Of a stretch of DNA of 64,000 bases, positions 19,384 to 29,264 are shown piece by piece. The notes under the pieces are model-generated. The model saw only the letters and a program-made list of their open reading frames with translations. It searched no databases and had not been told where the DNA came from. Numbering within the stretch: the first letter of the stretch is position 1; every line of letters begins with the position of its first letter. The translations under genes were made by a program, and so were the position numbers. The DNA is from an uncultured delta proteobacterium (GTDB taxonomy: Bacteria; Myxococcota; UBA727; VGSZ01). The DNA is taken from NCBI GenBank assembly GCA_963775425.1, contig CAVZJB010000016.1:1056001-1120000 (forward strand). The letters are read 5' to 3'.

Positions 19384-19881
19384 CTAACGAACGAGGGCAA
19401 GCTGCTCCGCGCTCCACAGGCCGATCAGCGACCGCAGGGAGCGGCCGCGCTCGAGCGGGGCGGAGCCGAGGGGACCCAGGGCGACGACGTGGGCGACGGT
19501 GCCGGTGCCGAAGTCGACGCGCGCGCCGACGAGCTCGAGGCACAGCGCGGGGAGGAGCGGCATATGCGAGACGCACAACAGGGTCCGCGCCGTGGCCTCG
19601 AGGATCGCCTGAGCGGCCCGCTCCGGGGAGGCCACCGGGGTGAGCGCGCCGTCGGCGACGACCTCCCGGCAGCCGAGGGCGCCCGCCACGATGGCGGCGG
19701 TCTCGGCGGCGCGCACGTAGGGGCTGTGCCAGACGGCGTCGGGGGCCACACCGAACGCGGCCAGGCCCCGCGCCACGGCCTCGATCCCCGCCCTGCCCTC
19801 GTCGGTCAGCGGACGCGCGGCGTCGCCACCGGGCGCGGCCGCGACCGCTTTGCCGTGCCGGACGAGGAGCACCTCGCGCAT
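19384..19881 (-). CDS. sixA: SixA-like phosphohistidine phosphatase
   Basis: LVRHGKA, DAARPLT..G, SPYVRAAETA, VSHMP. Confidence 0.85.
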   Translation of the reverse strand: MREVLLVRHGKAVAAAPGGDAARPLTDEGRAGIEAVARGLAAFGVAPDAVWHSPYVRAAETAAIVAGALGCREVVADGALTPVASPERAAQAILEATARTLLCVSHMPLLPALCLELVGARVDFGTGTVAHVVALGPLGSAPLERGRSLRSLIGLWSAEQLALVR

Positions 19882-19928
19882 GTGCGTCCACCCTCGCACG
19901 CGCACCCCTGCTTCGCTAGACCGATTCG

Positions 19929-20291
19929 GTGCTCGATCCCTTCGACCTGTTCTGCGCGTACCACCTCGGCCTCGACGGAGCGGGCCGCGTTCGCTTCGCC
20001 AACATCCACGACGTCGCGCGGCGATTTGCCACCGGCGTCGACGTCGTCGAGGCCGCGTTGGAGTCCTACGGCATGGACGCCGCGCGCATGCTCGAGATCG
20101 ACTTCGACCTCGCCGCCGCGCAGCACGACATCCAGGTCTCACCGCCGGGCGTCGACCTGCCGAGCATCGCGCGCATGCACTTCGACCTCTTCCTCGCCGC
20201 CCGGGAGAGGCCCCGCGACTGGGACAAGGAGCTCGCCGCCGACGCCGCCGCCAACGCCGAGACCTTCGGCGGCCGCGGGCCCCGGCGCTGA
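19929..20291 (+). CDS. Hypothetical protein
   Basis: 120-aa ORF with genome-typical codon usage filling the gap between genes. Confidence 0.65.
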   Translation: MLDPFDLFCAYHLGLDGAGRVRFANIHDVARRFATGVDVVEAALESYGMDAARMLEIDFDLAAAQHDIQVSPPGVDLPSIARMHFDLFLAARERPRDWDKELAADAAANAETFGGRGPRR

Positions 20292-20319
20292 TCATCAGCG
20301 CGCTCCCGCCGGTCGCTGA

Positions 20320-22347
20320 TCAGAACCGGGCGAGGTCCCGCATGGCGCCGACGACGTCCGCGAGCTGCGGGAGGATCACCTCCTCGAGCTCCCAGTTGTA
20401 GGGCACCGGCGTGTCCTTGCCCGCGAGGCGGCGGACGGGGCCGTCGAGGTGAGCGAAGCAGCGCTCGCCGATCTCGGCGGCGATCTCGGCGCCGTAGCCG
20501 ACAAAGCGGCAGTCCTCCTGCACCACCAGGCACTTGCCGGTGCGCTTGACGGACTCCTCGATCGTGGCCCAGTCGACGGGGTTCAGCGAGCGCAGGTCGA
20601 TGACCTCGACGTCGAAGCCCTCGTCCTTGAGCGTCTCCGCGCCTTGAAGCGCGCGCTGCACCATGGCGCCGTACGTCACGACGGTGAGGTCGCTGCCCGG
20701 CCGGCGCACCACGGCCTTGCCAAACGGCAGCACCCAATCCTCCGACGGCAGCGGGCTCTTCGCGTGGCTTTGCCGGTAGAGGCCCTTGTGCTCGAGGAAC
20801 AGCACCGGGTCGTCGCCGCGGATGGCGGCCTTCAACAAGCCGTAGGCGTCGAGCGCCGTGGACGGCATGCACACCTTGAGGCCGGGGATGTGCGCGAAGA
20901 AGCTCTCGATGTTCTGCGAGTGGCACAGCGCGCCGTGGATGTAGCCGCCGATGGGGACGCGCACGACGACGGGGCACGTCCACTGGTTGTTCGAGCGGTA
21001 CCGCATGGACGCCAGCTCGTTGCGGATCTGCATCATGGCGGTCCAGATGTAGTCGCCGAACTGGATCTCGGGGACGGGCTTGTAGCCGCGGGTGGCGAGG
21101 CCGATGGCCGTGCCGATGATGCTCGACTCCGCCAGCGGCGAGTTGAAGACGCGGTCGCCGAAGCGCTTGGTCAGCCCGCGGGTGGCGGTGAAGACGCCGC
21201 CCTTTTCGCCGGCGACGTCCTCGCCGAACACGAGCACGTCGGGGTTGCGCTCGAGCTCCTCGGCGAGCGCGCGGTTGACGGCGTCGACGATGACGACGCC
21301 GTCGCCCGTGGTGACCGGCGTGACCAGCGGCGGCTCGGGCCTCTCCGACGTCACCCAGCGCTCGGCGGTGTCCCGCGCGGGCATCGGCGCCTGCTCCGCG
21401 CGCTCGGCTTCGCGATCGATGAGCGCCTTGATCTCCGCGTCGATGACGGCGTGATCGGGGACCAGCTTGCGCATGGCCACGATGGGATCGCGCGACTTGT
21501 CGTGCGCGAGCTCGTCCGCCGGGCGGTACTTGCGCTGGTCGTCCGACGAGCTGTGCGGCAGCAGGCGGACGACGTCGGCGACGACCAGGGTGGGCCCGTC
21601 GCCGCGCCGGGCGCGGGCGACGGCGCGCTCCATGACCTCGAGGCTGGCGTTGAAGTCGCAGCCGTCGACCTCGACGGTGGCGAGGCCGTCGTAGCCGCGG
21701 CCGAGGTGGGCGACCTTGCCGCCCGGCGTCTGCTCGCGCACGGGCACCGAGATGGCGTAGCCGTTGTCCTCGACGAGGAAGATCACCGGCGCGCCCTCCC
21801 GGCTCGCCCAGTTGAGCGCCTCGTGGAAGTCACCCTGGCTGGTGGTGCCGTCGCCGGCGGTGACGACGGTGACGTCGTAGTCGGCGCCCTTGCCGTTCTT
21901 GGGCTTGCGGCGCATCGACGCCAGCGCGCAGCCCACGGCTTGCAGGAACTGCGTGCCGGTGGGCGACGACTGCGACGGGATGTTCAGCTCCTTGTGCCCG
22001 TAGTGCTGCGGCATCTGCCGCCCGCCGGAGTTGGGGTCGTCGGCGCGGGCGAGGAAGCAGCACAACAGCTCGTACGCGGTCATGCCGAGGCCGGAGCAGA
22101 GGGCCTGGTCGCGGTAGTAGGGATACGCCCAATCGCGGCCGGGCGTGAGCGCCATGGCCGCCGCGGTCTGCACCGCTTCGTGCCCCATGCCGCCGATGTG
22201 GAAGTAGCTCTTTCCCTGCCGGAGGAGGACGAGCATCTTGTCGTCGAGCAGGCGCGACAGGATCATGTTGCGGTAGGCGGCGATGAGCTTGGCCGGTTCC
22301 TGGCCCTTCTTCTTGGTTGACCGCACGTCCTTGGACACCGCCGTCAT
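20320..22347 (-). CDS. 2-oxoacid (likely branched-chain) dehydrogenase E1, fused alpha+beta subunits
   Basis: PYYRD, GRQMPQH, GDG..N TPP motif, HSSSDDQ; beta half FGEDV, PLAES, EIQFGDY. Confidence 0.92.
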   Translation of the reverse strand: MTAVSKDVRSTKKKGQEPAKLIAAYRNMILSRLLDDKMLVLLRQGKSYFHIGGMGHEAVQTAAAMALTPGRDWAYPYYRDQALCSGLGMTAYELLCCFLARADDPNSGGRQMPQHYGHKELNIPSQSSPTGTQFLQAVGCALASMRRKPKNGKGADYDVTVVTAGDGTTSQGDFHEALNWASREGAPVIFLVEDNGYAISVPVREQTPGGKVAHLGRGYDGLATVEVDGCDFNASLEVMERAVARARRGDGPTLVVADVVRLLPHSSSDDQRKYRPADELAHDKSRDPIVAMRKLVPDHAVIDAEIKALIDREAERAEQAPMPARDTAERWVTSERPEPPLVTPVTTGDGVVIVDAVNRALAEELERNPDVLVFGEDVAGEKGGVFTATRGLTKRFGDRVFNSPLAESSIIGTAIGLATRGYKPVPEIQFGDYIWTAMMQIRNELASMRYRSNNQWTCPVVVRVPIGGYIHGALCHSQNIESFFAHIPGLKVCMPSTALDAYGLLKAAIRGDDPVLFLEHKGLYRQSHAKSPLPSEDWVLPFGKAVVRRPGSDLTVVTYGAMVQRALQGAETLKDEGFDVEVIDLRSLNPVDWATIEESVKRTGKCLVVQEDCRFVGYGAEIAAEIGERCFAHLDGPVRRLAGKDTPVPYNWELEEVILPQLADVVGAMRDLARF

Positions 22348-22482
22348 CGTCGCGCTCCTCCGGTCCCGGCGCCCGGCGCGCCGCGTGGGTTCCCTTAGCG
22401 GGGTCTCGGCCGGTTGTCGACGTCACACTCACGACGAGCTGCGTCATGGCGCCGGACGGTGCTCCAAGGCTACCCTGGGCAC

Positions 22483-22917
22483 ATGATCCGCAACATCATC
22501 GGCTCCTGGGCCTTCGCCGCGTTCCTCGTCGTCGTCGCCGTCGCCACGTGGCGCCTGCTCGACGCCAGCCGCGCCCCGGCCGCCCCGCACTGCCCGCTGG
22601 CGGCCCACGCCGCCGCCGTCGTCGTGCCGGAGCAGGCACCGCAGGTCGCGGAGCCGCAGCAGGAGGCGCCCCCGCCGGTGGCACACACCTGCGGCGCTGG
22701 CGGCTTCGCCTACGACGAGGCCGTGAACGACGCCCCCGTCGCCCAGGCCCTCAGCGAGCGGGAGGGGCAGGTGATGTTCGAGAGCGCCGTCGACGCGTTC
22801 CGCGCCAATCACGACGCCAAGGCGTGCTCCATCCTCTTCACGGTCATGCACCGCTCGGCCTCCGGCTCCCACTTCGTCGCGAAGTCCGCGGGCCTCTTCA
22901 AGGCGCGCTGCCGCTAG
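22483..22917 (+). CDS. Hypothetical membrane-anchored protein
   Basis: N-terminal TM helix followed by a soluble Cys-containing domain. Confidence 0.55.
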   Translation: MIRNIIGSWAFAAFLVVVAVATWRLLDASRAPAAPHCPLAAHAAAVVVPEQAPQVAEPQQEAPPPVAHTCGAGGFAYDEAVNDAPVAQALSEREGQVMFESAVDAFRANHDAKACSILFTVMHRSASGSHFVAKSAGLFKARCR

Positions 22918-22941
22918 CCGTGACGCAGCGGGGCCGCTGAC

Positions 22942-23376
22942 TCAGGCCCCGAGCGGCCGCACCGCGATGGTGCAGCGGCACACCGAGACGAGCTTGCCGT
23001 CGTTCTCCACGACGATCGCGTAGACCAGCGAGGTCCTGCCTTTGTGCAGCGGCGTCGCCGTGGCGCGCAGGGTGCCCTCCGTCGCCGAGCGCACGTGGCT
23101 CGCGGAGATCTCCTGCCCGGCCACGCGAAAGCGCGTCACGTCCACCGCGAGCGCCGCCGCCGCCGACGCCGCGCTCTCGGCCATCAACACGTAGACGCCG
23201 CCGTGGACGATGCCGGCGTGCTGAAAGAGCCGCTCGTCGACGTCGGTCTCGACGACCACGCGGTCCGCCGTGATCTCCACCGCGCGGATGCCCAGCGTGT
23301 GCAGCACCGTGTGGGGATCGCGCTCGCGCATGAAGGCGATGACATCGTCGACGCTCGGCGGCTTGTGCTCGCTCAT
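22942..23376 (-). CDS. PaaI/MenI-type hotdog thioesterase
   Basis: QHAGIVHGG, AESAAS, ISASHVRS, HKGRT. Confidence 0.9.
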   Translation of the reverse strand: MSEHKPPSVDDVIAFMRERDPHTVLHTLGIRAVEITADRVVVETDVDERLFQHAGIVHGGVYVLMAESAASAAAALAVDVTRFRVAGQEISASHVRSATEGTLRATATPLHKGRTSLVYAIVVENDGKLVSVCRCTIAVRPLGA

Positions 23377-23442
23377 CGCTCGTTCTCCGGTTAGGCTGCG
23401 CTCCCGCGGCGTCGTCTCCGCGTTCCCCCGGAGCAAGTCACG

Positions 23443-23985
23443 ATGAGCCAGTCCCCGCAAGCAAGCACCGATCAAGGGCCGTCCGTCACACTGCCCGTCC
23501 TCGGCATCGTCTTGTCCGTCCTGTGCTTCCCCGTAGGGCTCGTGCTCGCCATCGTGTCGATGGTGAAGTACTCGTCGGCCGTCGGCACCAGCGCCAAGAC
23601 GCTCTCGGTGGTGGCGCTGGTGGTGTCGCTCGCCATGGTCGGGTTGCAGGGCGTCGGCTGCCTCGCCGCCATCGCCATCCCCAACTTCGTCAAGTACCAG
23701 TGCAAGAGCAAGCAGTCCGAGGCCAAGGCCAACCTGCGGGCGCTCGGGGTCGCCGAGCACGGTTACGCCGCGGACAACGGCGGCTTCAGCGCCGATCTCC
23801 ACGCGCTTGGCTTCGAGGCGCACGGCGTGCACGTCCGCTACGACTACGTCGTGGACCGCGCCGACAAGGAGCACTTCCACGCCGTGGCCACGGCCAAGCC
23901 CGGGGCGGCCGGGGAGCTCAACGGCGACAGTTGGGAGATCGACGAGAGCGGCCTGCCCCGCAACACCGTCGACGGCTGCCGCTAG
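23443..23985 (+). CDS. Membrane-anchored type IV pilin-like protein (no prepilin cleavage site)
   Basis: LAAIAIPNFVKYQCKSKQSEAKANL is the PilA alpha-1 helix, preceded by TM helices instead of G/FTLIE. Confidence 0.75.
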   Translation: MSQSPQASTDQGPSVTLPVLGIVLSVLCFPVGLVLAIVSMVKYSSAVGTSAKTLSVVALVVSLAMVGLQGVGCLAAIAIPNFVKYQCKSKQSEAKANLRALGVAEHGYAADNGGFSADLHALGFEAHGVHVRYDYVVDRADKEHFHAVATAKPGAAGELNGDSWEIDESGLPRNTVDGCR

Positions 23986-24015
23986 AGAAGTGATCCGCAT
24001 CGCGGAATAGGGTCA

Positions 24016-24059
24016 GTGCCGGCACGCGGTGGGCCCGCCGCCGATGCGCGTGCCGGCAC
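24016..24059. terminator. 13-bp inverted repeat between convergent genes (putative terminator)
   Basis: gtgccggcacgcg ... cgcgtgccggcac; T-rich tract follows on + strand. Confidence 0.45.
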
Positions 24060-24106
24060 GCCCGCCGCTTCGTGCGCATTTTTGTTTTTGCGGTTCAACT
24101 CTCTGG

Positions 24107-27100
24107 TCACGCCAAAGCGGCGTCCACGATCGCCTTCTGCTCGGCGACGTGCCGCTTGTGCGAGCCCGCGGCCGGGCTCGCCTGCGCCGGGCGCCCGACG
24201 TAGCGCGCGGTGACGCCCAGCGCGCGCAGGCGCGGCTCCATGAAGGACCAGGCGCCCATGTTCTCGGGCTCCTCCTGCGCCCACACCACCTCGTCGGGAC
24301 GCACGTCGTCGAGCACGGCGCGCACGCGCTCCTCGGGGAACGGGTAGAGCTGCTCGACGCGCACGACGGCCACGTCGCCCTTCGGTTCCTTCCTGCGGGT
24401 GCGATCGATGTCCCAGTAGAGCTTGCCCGTGCAGAGCACCAGGCGCCGGCACGCGGGGCCCCGGGTGCGGCGCGGGTCCTCGAGCACGGGCTCGAAGCGT
24501 CCGCCGGCGAGGTCGTCGACGTGGGAGGCCGCGTCGTCGGCGCGCAACAGGCTCTTGTGCGTGAACACGATGAGCGGCTTCTTCGGCAGCTTGGCCTGGC
24601 GCCGGATCAGGTGGAAGTACTGCGCCGGCGTCGACGCGATGGCCACGCGCATGTTGTCGTCGGCGCAGAGCTGGAGGAACCGCTCCACGCGCGCGCTCGA
24701 GTGCTCGGGTCCCTGCCCGTCGTAGCCGTGCGGCAGCAGCATCACCACGCGCGAGCGCTGGCCCCACTTGGCCTCGCCGGCGGCGATGAACTGGTCCACC
24801 TGGACCTGCGCCCCGTTCCAGAAGTCGCCGAACTGCGCCTCCCATAAAACGAGCGAGTCGGGGTGGCTGACGGAGTAGCCGTACTCGAAGCCGAGCACCG
24901 CCTCCTCCGACAACAGCGAGTCGTAGATGCGGAAGCGCGACGGGTGCCACTGCTCCTCGCCCTCGTCGCGCGACTTGTGCAGGAAATTGAGCGGGATGTA
25001 GGGGCGGCCGTCGTTGACGTCGTACAGGACCGCGTGGCGCTGGGCGAAGGTCCCGCGGCCCACGTCCTGGCCGGACAGCCGCACAGGCACGCCCTCGAGC
25101 AGCAGCGAGCCGAAGGCGAGGTTCTCCGCCATGCCGAAGTCGATGCCGGGCTTGCCCTCGAAGACCATGCTGCGGCGCTTGTCGAGGATCTGCGTCTTCA
25201 CCCGCGGGTGGATCTCGATGACCTCGGGCGCGTAGGTGATGCGGTCGGTGATGCGCTTGAGCGTGTCGACGGGGACGGTAGTGTCAACCGTGTCGGGGTC
25301 GACGACGTCGGAGAGCGCCAGGCTGCCCGTGCGGCGCGCCGGGGGGACGGCGGCGCGCCCCTTCTCCTTGATGGCGCCGAACGCGGCCTCGAGGCGCTCG
25401 TGGACGGCGGCGTCGACGGCCTTCACCTCGTCGTCGCTGAGGTCGCCGCGGCGCACCAGCAGCGCGGAATAGTGGTCCTGTGTGGGCTCGTGGCCCTCGA
25501 TGGCCCGGTAGAGGATGGGCTGCGTGAAGCTCGGCTCGTCGCCCTCGTTGTGGCCCCAGCGGCGGTAGCAGACCATGTCGATGACGACGTCGCGGGCGAA
25601 CTTCATCCGGTATTCGCACGCGATGCGCATGGCGCGAACGCACGCCTCGGGGTCGTCGCCGTTGACGCGCAGGATGGGCGCCTGGATGGCGCGCGCGATG
25701 TCCGAGCAATTCATGCTCGTGCGGGCGCGCTCGGGCCCGGTGGTGTAGCCGATCTGGTTGTTGATGATGACGTGGACGGTGCCGCCGACGCGGTAGCCGT
25801 TGAGCCCCGACATCTGCAGCACCTCGTAGACCACGCCCTGCCCCGCGAACGCGGCGTCGCCATGGATGAGGAACGGCACCACCTTCCTGCGGGCGCGGTC
25901 GCCGGTCATGTCCTGCTTGGCGCGGGTCTGCCCGAGCACCACCGGGTCCACCGCCTCGAGGTGGCTCGGGTTGCACGCGAGCTCGAGCCGGAGCGCGCGC
26001 TCCTCGACGTGGGCGCTGCCGTCGAGCGTGAGCCCCTTCCACTTGTGAACGCCCTTGGCGCCGAGGTGGTACTTCACGTCGCCGGAGCCCTCGGCGCCGC
26101 CCGGCCCGGGCGCGCGGGCCGGCCCGGCGTCGAAGTCCTCGAACTCCGCGAAGATGGCCTCGAGCGGCTTGCCGATGACGTTGGCGAGCACGTTCAAGCG
26201 GCCGCGGTGCGCCATGCCGATGACGGCCTCCGTGGCGCCGAAGGCGGCGGCCATGTCGAGGCCCTCGACGAGCATGACCATGGCGCTCTCGGCGCCCTCC
26301 ACCGAGAAGCGCTTCTGTCCGATGTAGCGCTTGTGCAGGAAGCGCTCGAAGCCCTGGGCCTGGCAGAGCGTGGCGAGGATCTGCTTCTTGTCGTCGATGG
26401 ACAGCACGTCGGGCTTGCGCTCCACGCGCTGCTTGAGCCACGTCCGCTGCTCGACGTCGGCGATGTGCATGTACTCGAGGCCGAGCCGACGGCAGTACGT
26501 GTCGCGGAGCCGCTCGAGGATCTCGCGCAGCGGCGCGATGGGCTTCTCGCAGACGCCGAGCGTGAGGAACTCGCGGTCGAGATCCCAGATGGTGAGCCCG
26601 TACTGATCGATGTTGACGTCGGCGTGTTCGCGCGGCTTGAGGTCGAGCGGGTCGACGTTGGCCACGATGTGGCCACGAACGCGAAACGCGTGGATGAGCT
26701 GTGAGACGCGCATCGCCTTTTCGGTGTCGGCGAACGATCCGCCGATCACCGCGCGGTCGCGCTTGAGCCGGTAGGGGTGGTGCGGGATGCGGATGGCCTG
26801 GAACAGCTCGTCGTAGAACCCGTGCTCGCCGTTCAACAGCTCGTGCACGCGCTGCAGGTACGCGCCCGACTCCGCGCCCTGGATGATGCGGTGGTCGTAC
26901 GTCGACGTCACCGTCATCACCTTGCCTACGCCGAGCTGGCGGATGGTGTCCGGCGCCATGGCCTCGTACTCGGCGGGGTAGCCGATGGCGCCGGTGGCGA
27001 TGATGGCCCCCTGCCCCGGCATCAAGCGCGGCGCCGACGCCACCGTGCCGATACCGCCCGGGTTGGTGAGCGTCATGGTGGTGCCGTCGAAGTCGGCGGC

Positions 27101-27769
27101 GGTGAGCTTTCCCCGCCGGGCGCGATCGATGAGATCGATGTACGCCTCGAGGAACGCGCGGAAGTCGAGCTTCTGCGCGGCCTTCACGTTGGGCACCACC
27201 AGCGTGCGCCCGCCGCCGCGGCCGGGGAGGTCGATGGCGATGCCGAGGTTGACGTCGTCGCGGACGATGCGCGCGGGCTTGCCCCCGACGACGGCGAAGC
27301 CGTGGTTCATCGAGGTCACCTGGTGCACGGCCTTCACCAGCGCGAACGCGATGATGTGCGTGTAGCTCGCGCGCGGCCGCGCGTCGTCCTCGAGGTACGT
27401 GTTGATGACGCGGCGGTTCTCCTCGAGCACCTTGACCGGCACCGTGCGCGACGACATCGCCGTGGGCAGCTCGAGCGACGCCTCCATGTTCTCGACGATC
27501 TTCGCGGCCACGCCGACGAGCAGCTCCGCCGACCCCGCCGGCGGCGGCGCAGGCGCAGGCGCAGGCGCAGGCGCGGACGGACGGACGGACACCGCATGCT
27601 GCGGCGCGGGCCCCCCGTTGCCGCCGTCGCCGGCGGCGGGTGCCGCAACGTCGGCGGCGAAGAACGCGCGCCACTCGTCGGCGACGCTCATCGGATCCTG
27701 CGCCCACTGCGCACGCAAGGACTCCACGTAGCTCGCGTTCACACCGAAGCGGGAGGCCGAGTCGACCAT
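24107..27769 (-). CDS. sucA: Multifunctional 2-oxoglutarate dehydrogenase, Kgd/OdhA type (E2 acyltransferase-E1 fusion)
   Basis: FGVNASYV N-terminus; E2 motifs TLTNPG and TYDHRIIQGAESG; E1 motifs GMAHRGRLN, GDVKYHLG, HGDAAFAGQG, WEAQFGDF, PEHSSAR. Confidence 0.93.
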   Translation of the reverse strand: MVDSASRFGVNASYVESLRAQWAQDPMSVADEWRAFFAADVAAPAAGDGGNGGPAPQHAVSVRPSAPAPAPAPAPPPAGSAELLVGVAAKIVENMEASLELPTAMSSRTVPVKVLEENRRVINTYLEDDARPRASYTHIIAFALVKAVHQVTSMNHGFAVVGGKPARIVRDDVNLGIAIDLPGRGGGRTLVVPNVKAAQKLDFRAFLEAYIDLIDRARRGKLTAADFDGTTMTLTNPGGIGTVASAPRLMPGQGAIIATGAIGYPAEYEAMAPDTIRQLGVGKVMTVTSTYDHRIIQGAESGAYLQRVHELLNGEHGFYDELFQAIRIPHHPYRLKRDRAVIGGSFADTEKAMRVSQLIHAFRVRGHIVANVDPLDLKPREHADVNIDQYGLTIWDLDREFLTLGVCEKPIAPLREILERLRDTYCRRLGLEYMHIADVEQRTWLKQRVERKPDVLSIDDKKQILATLCQAQGFERFLHKRYIGQKRFSVEGAESAMVMLVEGLDMAAAFGATEAVIGMAHRGRLNVLANVIGKPLEAIFAEFEDFDAGPARAPGPGGAEGSGDVKYHLGAKGVHKWKGLTLDGSAHVEERALRLELACNPSHLEAVDPVVLGQTRAKQDMTGDRARRKVVPFLIHGDAAFAGQGVVYEVLQMSGLNGYRVGGTVHVIINNQIGYTTGPERARTSMNCSDIARAIQAPILRVNGDDPEACVRAMRIACEYRMKFARDVVIDMVCYRRWGHNEGDEPSFTQPILYRAIEGHEPTQDHYSALLVRRGDLSDDEVKAVDAAVHERLEAAFGAIKEKGRAAVPPARRTGSLALSDVVDPDTVDTTVPVDTLKRITDRITYAPEVIEIHPRVKTQILDKRRSMVFEGKPGIDFGMAENLAFGSLLLEGVPVRLSGQDVGRGTFAQRHAVLYDVNDGRPYIPLNFLHKSRDEGEEQWHPSRFRIYDSLLSEEAVLGFEYGYSVSHPDSLVLWEAQFGDFWNGAQVQVDQFIAAGEAKWGQRSRVVMLLPHGYDGQGPEHSSARVERFLQLCADDNMRVAIASTPAQYFHLIRRQAKLPKKPLIVFTHKSLLRADDAASHVDDLAGGRFEPVLEDPRRTRGPACRRLVLCTGKLYWDIDRTRRKEPKGDVAVVRVEQLYPFPEERVRAVLDDVRPDEVVWAQEEPENMGAWSFMEPRLRALGVTARYVGRPAQASPAAGSHKRHVAEQKAIVDAALA

Positions 27770-27886
27770 GCGACCGCTGTACCAACGAGTCCCGTCATCG
27801 TCGAGGACCTGAGCGTTGTTAGAGCAAACCGTGGCGTCGTAAATCCGCGGCCCCCTCACCGGCCGGTCGCTGAGAGGAGCACCTTC

Positions 27887-28279
27887 ATGCAGCCCGCACT
27901 CCCCCCCGTTCAGACTGCGTCCACCGGGGAGCTCGTGTCCGAGCTCGTCCGGCAGACCGGCGATCTCGTCAAAGCCGAGCTGTCCCTCGCGCGGACCGAG
28001 CTGCGCCACGACGTGCAGGCGGAGCTGTCGATGGTCGCGCGCGCCGCCGTCGCCGTGGTCTGCGTCCTGTGGGCCGTCGACGCGTTGCTCGTGGCAGCGG
28101 TGCTCGGCCTCGCCGTCGCGCTCCCGGCGTGGCTGGCGGCCCTGATCGTCGCCGCCGGCCTTCTCGCCGTCGCGCTCGTCGCCGGGCTGCTCGCGTGGTC
28201 GAAGCGCACCCGTCCCCTCTCACGAACCGCGCGAACGCTTCAGGAGAATGTGCGATGGGCGAAACAACGACTGGCGTAG
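27887..28279 (+). CDS. Phage-holin-family (YhjD/YqjE-like) membrane protein
   Basis: STGELV..LVKAELSLARTE, two TM helices; GAGGAG RBS. Confidence 0.85.
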   Translation: MQPALPPVQTASTGELVSELVRQTGDLVKAELSLARTELRHDVQAELSMVARAAVAVVCVLWAVDALLVAAVLGLAVALPAWLAALIVAAGLLAVALVAGLLAWSKRTRPLSRTARTLQENVRWAKQRLA

Positions 28280-28746
28280 ACACCCCCGACCTGCTCGAGC
28301 TGCAGATCGACAACATCCGCAACAACGTCATCGGCATCGTCGACGAGCTCGACCACCGGCGGCAGGACTGGGGTGCGCGCCTCAAGCACCGCACGAGCAT
28401 GGTCGCGCTGGGCGGGCTCGTCCTCGTCGCCGGCGCGGTCGCCGCGGGCGTGCTCCTCGGCCGGCGGCGGCGACATCATCGTCGGCTCGCGGGACGCGCG
28501 AGGAACCTGGGCCGCGCCGTGGCCCGCGTCGCCGACGATCCCGACGTGCTGCTGCGGCGGCCCTCGATGTCCGCCCGCGTGCTGGGCGCGGCGCTGGCGG
28601 CGGTGGCGGCGACGGTGGCCAAACAGCTCACGATCCGCGCGCTGGCGGCGCCGAAGGCCCCGCGGCAACTGCAGGCGCCGTCGCGGGTGGAGCGAGCGGC
28701 CGCGCGGCAGGCGAGCAAGCAGCCGTGGCGCGCGCTCAACCCATGA
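28255..28746 (+). CDS. DUF3618-like membrane protein
   Basis: LELQIDNIR..IVDELDHR; usual partner downstream of the holin-family gene. Confidence 0.65.
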   Translation: MGETTTGVDTPDLLELQIDNIRNNVIGIVDELDHRRQDWGARLKHRTSMVALGGLVLVAGAVAAGVLLGRRRRHHRRLAGRARNLGRAVARVADDPDVLLRRPSMSARVLGAALAAVAATVAKQLTIRALAAPKAPRQLQAPSRVERAAARQASKQPWRALNP

Positions 28747-28764
28747 GCGAGGGCGGGGGAGCGC

Positions 28765-29244
28765 TCAGCCGGCCTGGGTGCCGATGATGCGGCCGTAGAT
28801 CTGCTCCTGCATCTCCTGGAGGTGCTTGAGGAGCTGGAGCATGTTGTGCTCGCGGGTGGCCGAGGCGCGCATGCGGTCGGCGTCCTCGGGCTTCACGCCG
28901 GAGGGCAGCTTGAGCGCCTGCGTCAGCGCCTTCGCGGTGTCCGTCGCCGCACGCTGAAGCGCCCGGCGGATCATCATGTGGTCGTGGCGGGGGCCCGTGG
29001 GCGTAGCGAAGGGGTTCGCCGCCTCCGGCACCGCCAGCCGCAGCGTCTCCGACGACGTCGAAGGCTGGATGAACTCCACCGGCCCGCGCTGGGCGATGGG
29101 AGCGACATCCGACTTCTGCACCTTGGCAGGTGTCTGGTGGACCTTCAGCTCGTCGGCGGTCATCCCCGCCGGGCCGATGGCGCCGCCGGACGGAGAGACC
29201 CACGGGAACCTGCGCACCTGCCGTTTTTGTAGCTCTTCCGCCAT
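28765..29244 (-). CDS. Hypothetical protein downstream of SctU
   Basis: Low-complexity N-half, helical C-half; 20 bp after the SctU stop. Confidence 0.7.
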   Translation of the reverse strand: MAEELQKRQVRRFPWVSPSGGAIGPAGMTADELKVHQTPAKVQKSDVAPIAQRGPVEFIQPSTSSETLRLAVPEAANPFATPTGPRHDHMMIRRALQRAATDTAKALTQALKLPSGVKPEDADRMRASATREHNMLQLLKHLQEMQEQIYGRIIGTQAG

Positions 29245-29264
29245 GGGCACGACCTCAGCGACGA

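Noticed and set aside
27546-27573. gcaggc hexamer repeat as a phase-variation tract
   Set aside because: In-frame Pro-Ala linker of Kgd; unit changes do not shift the frame
27887-28746. Prophage lysis cassette
   Set aside because: This holin-family/DUF3618-like pair is a common chromosomal membrane module, and no phage genes are nearby
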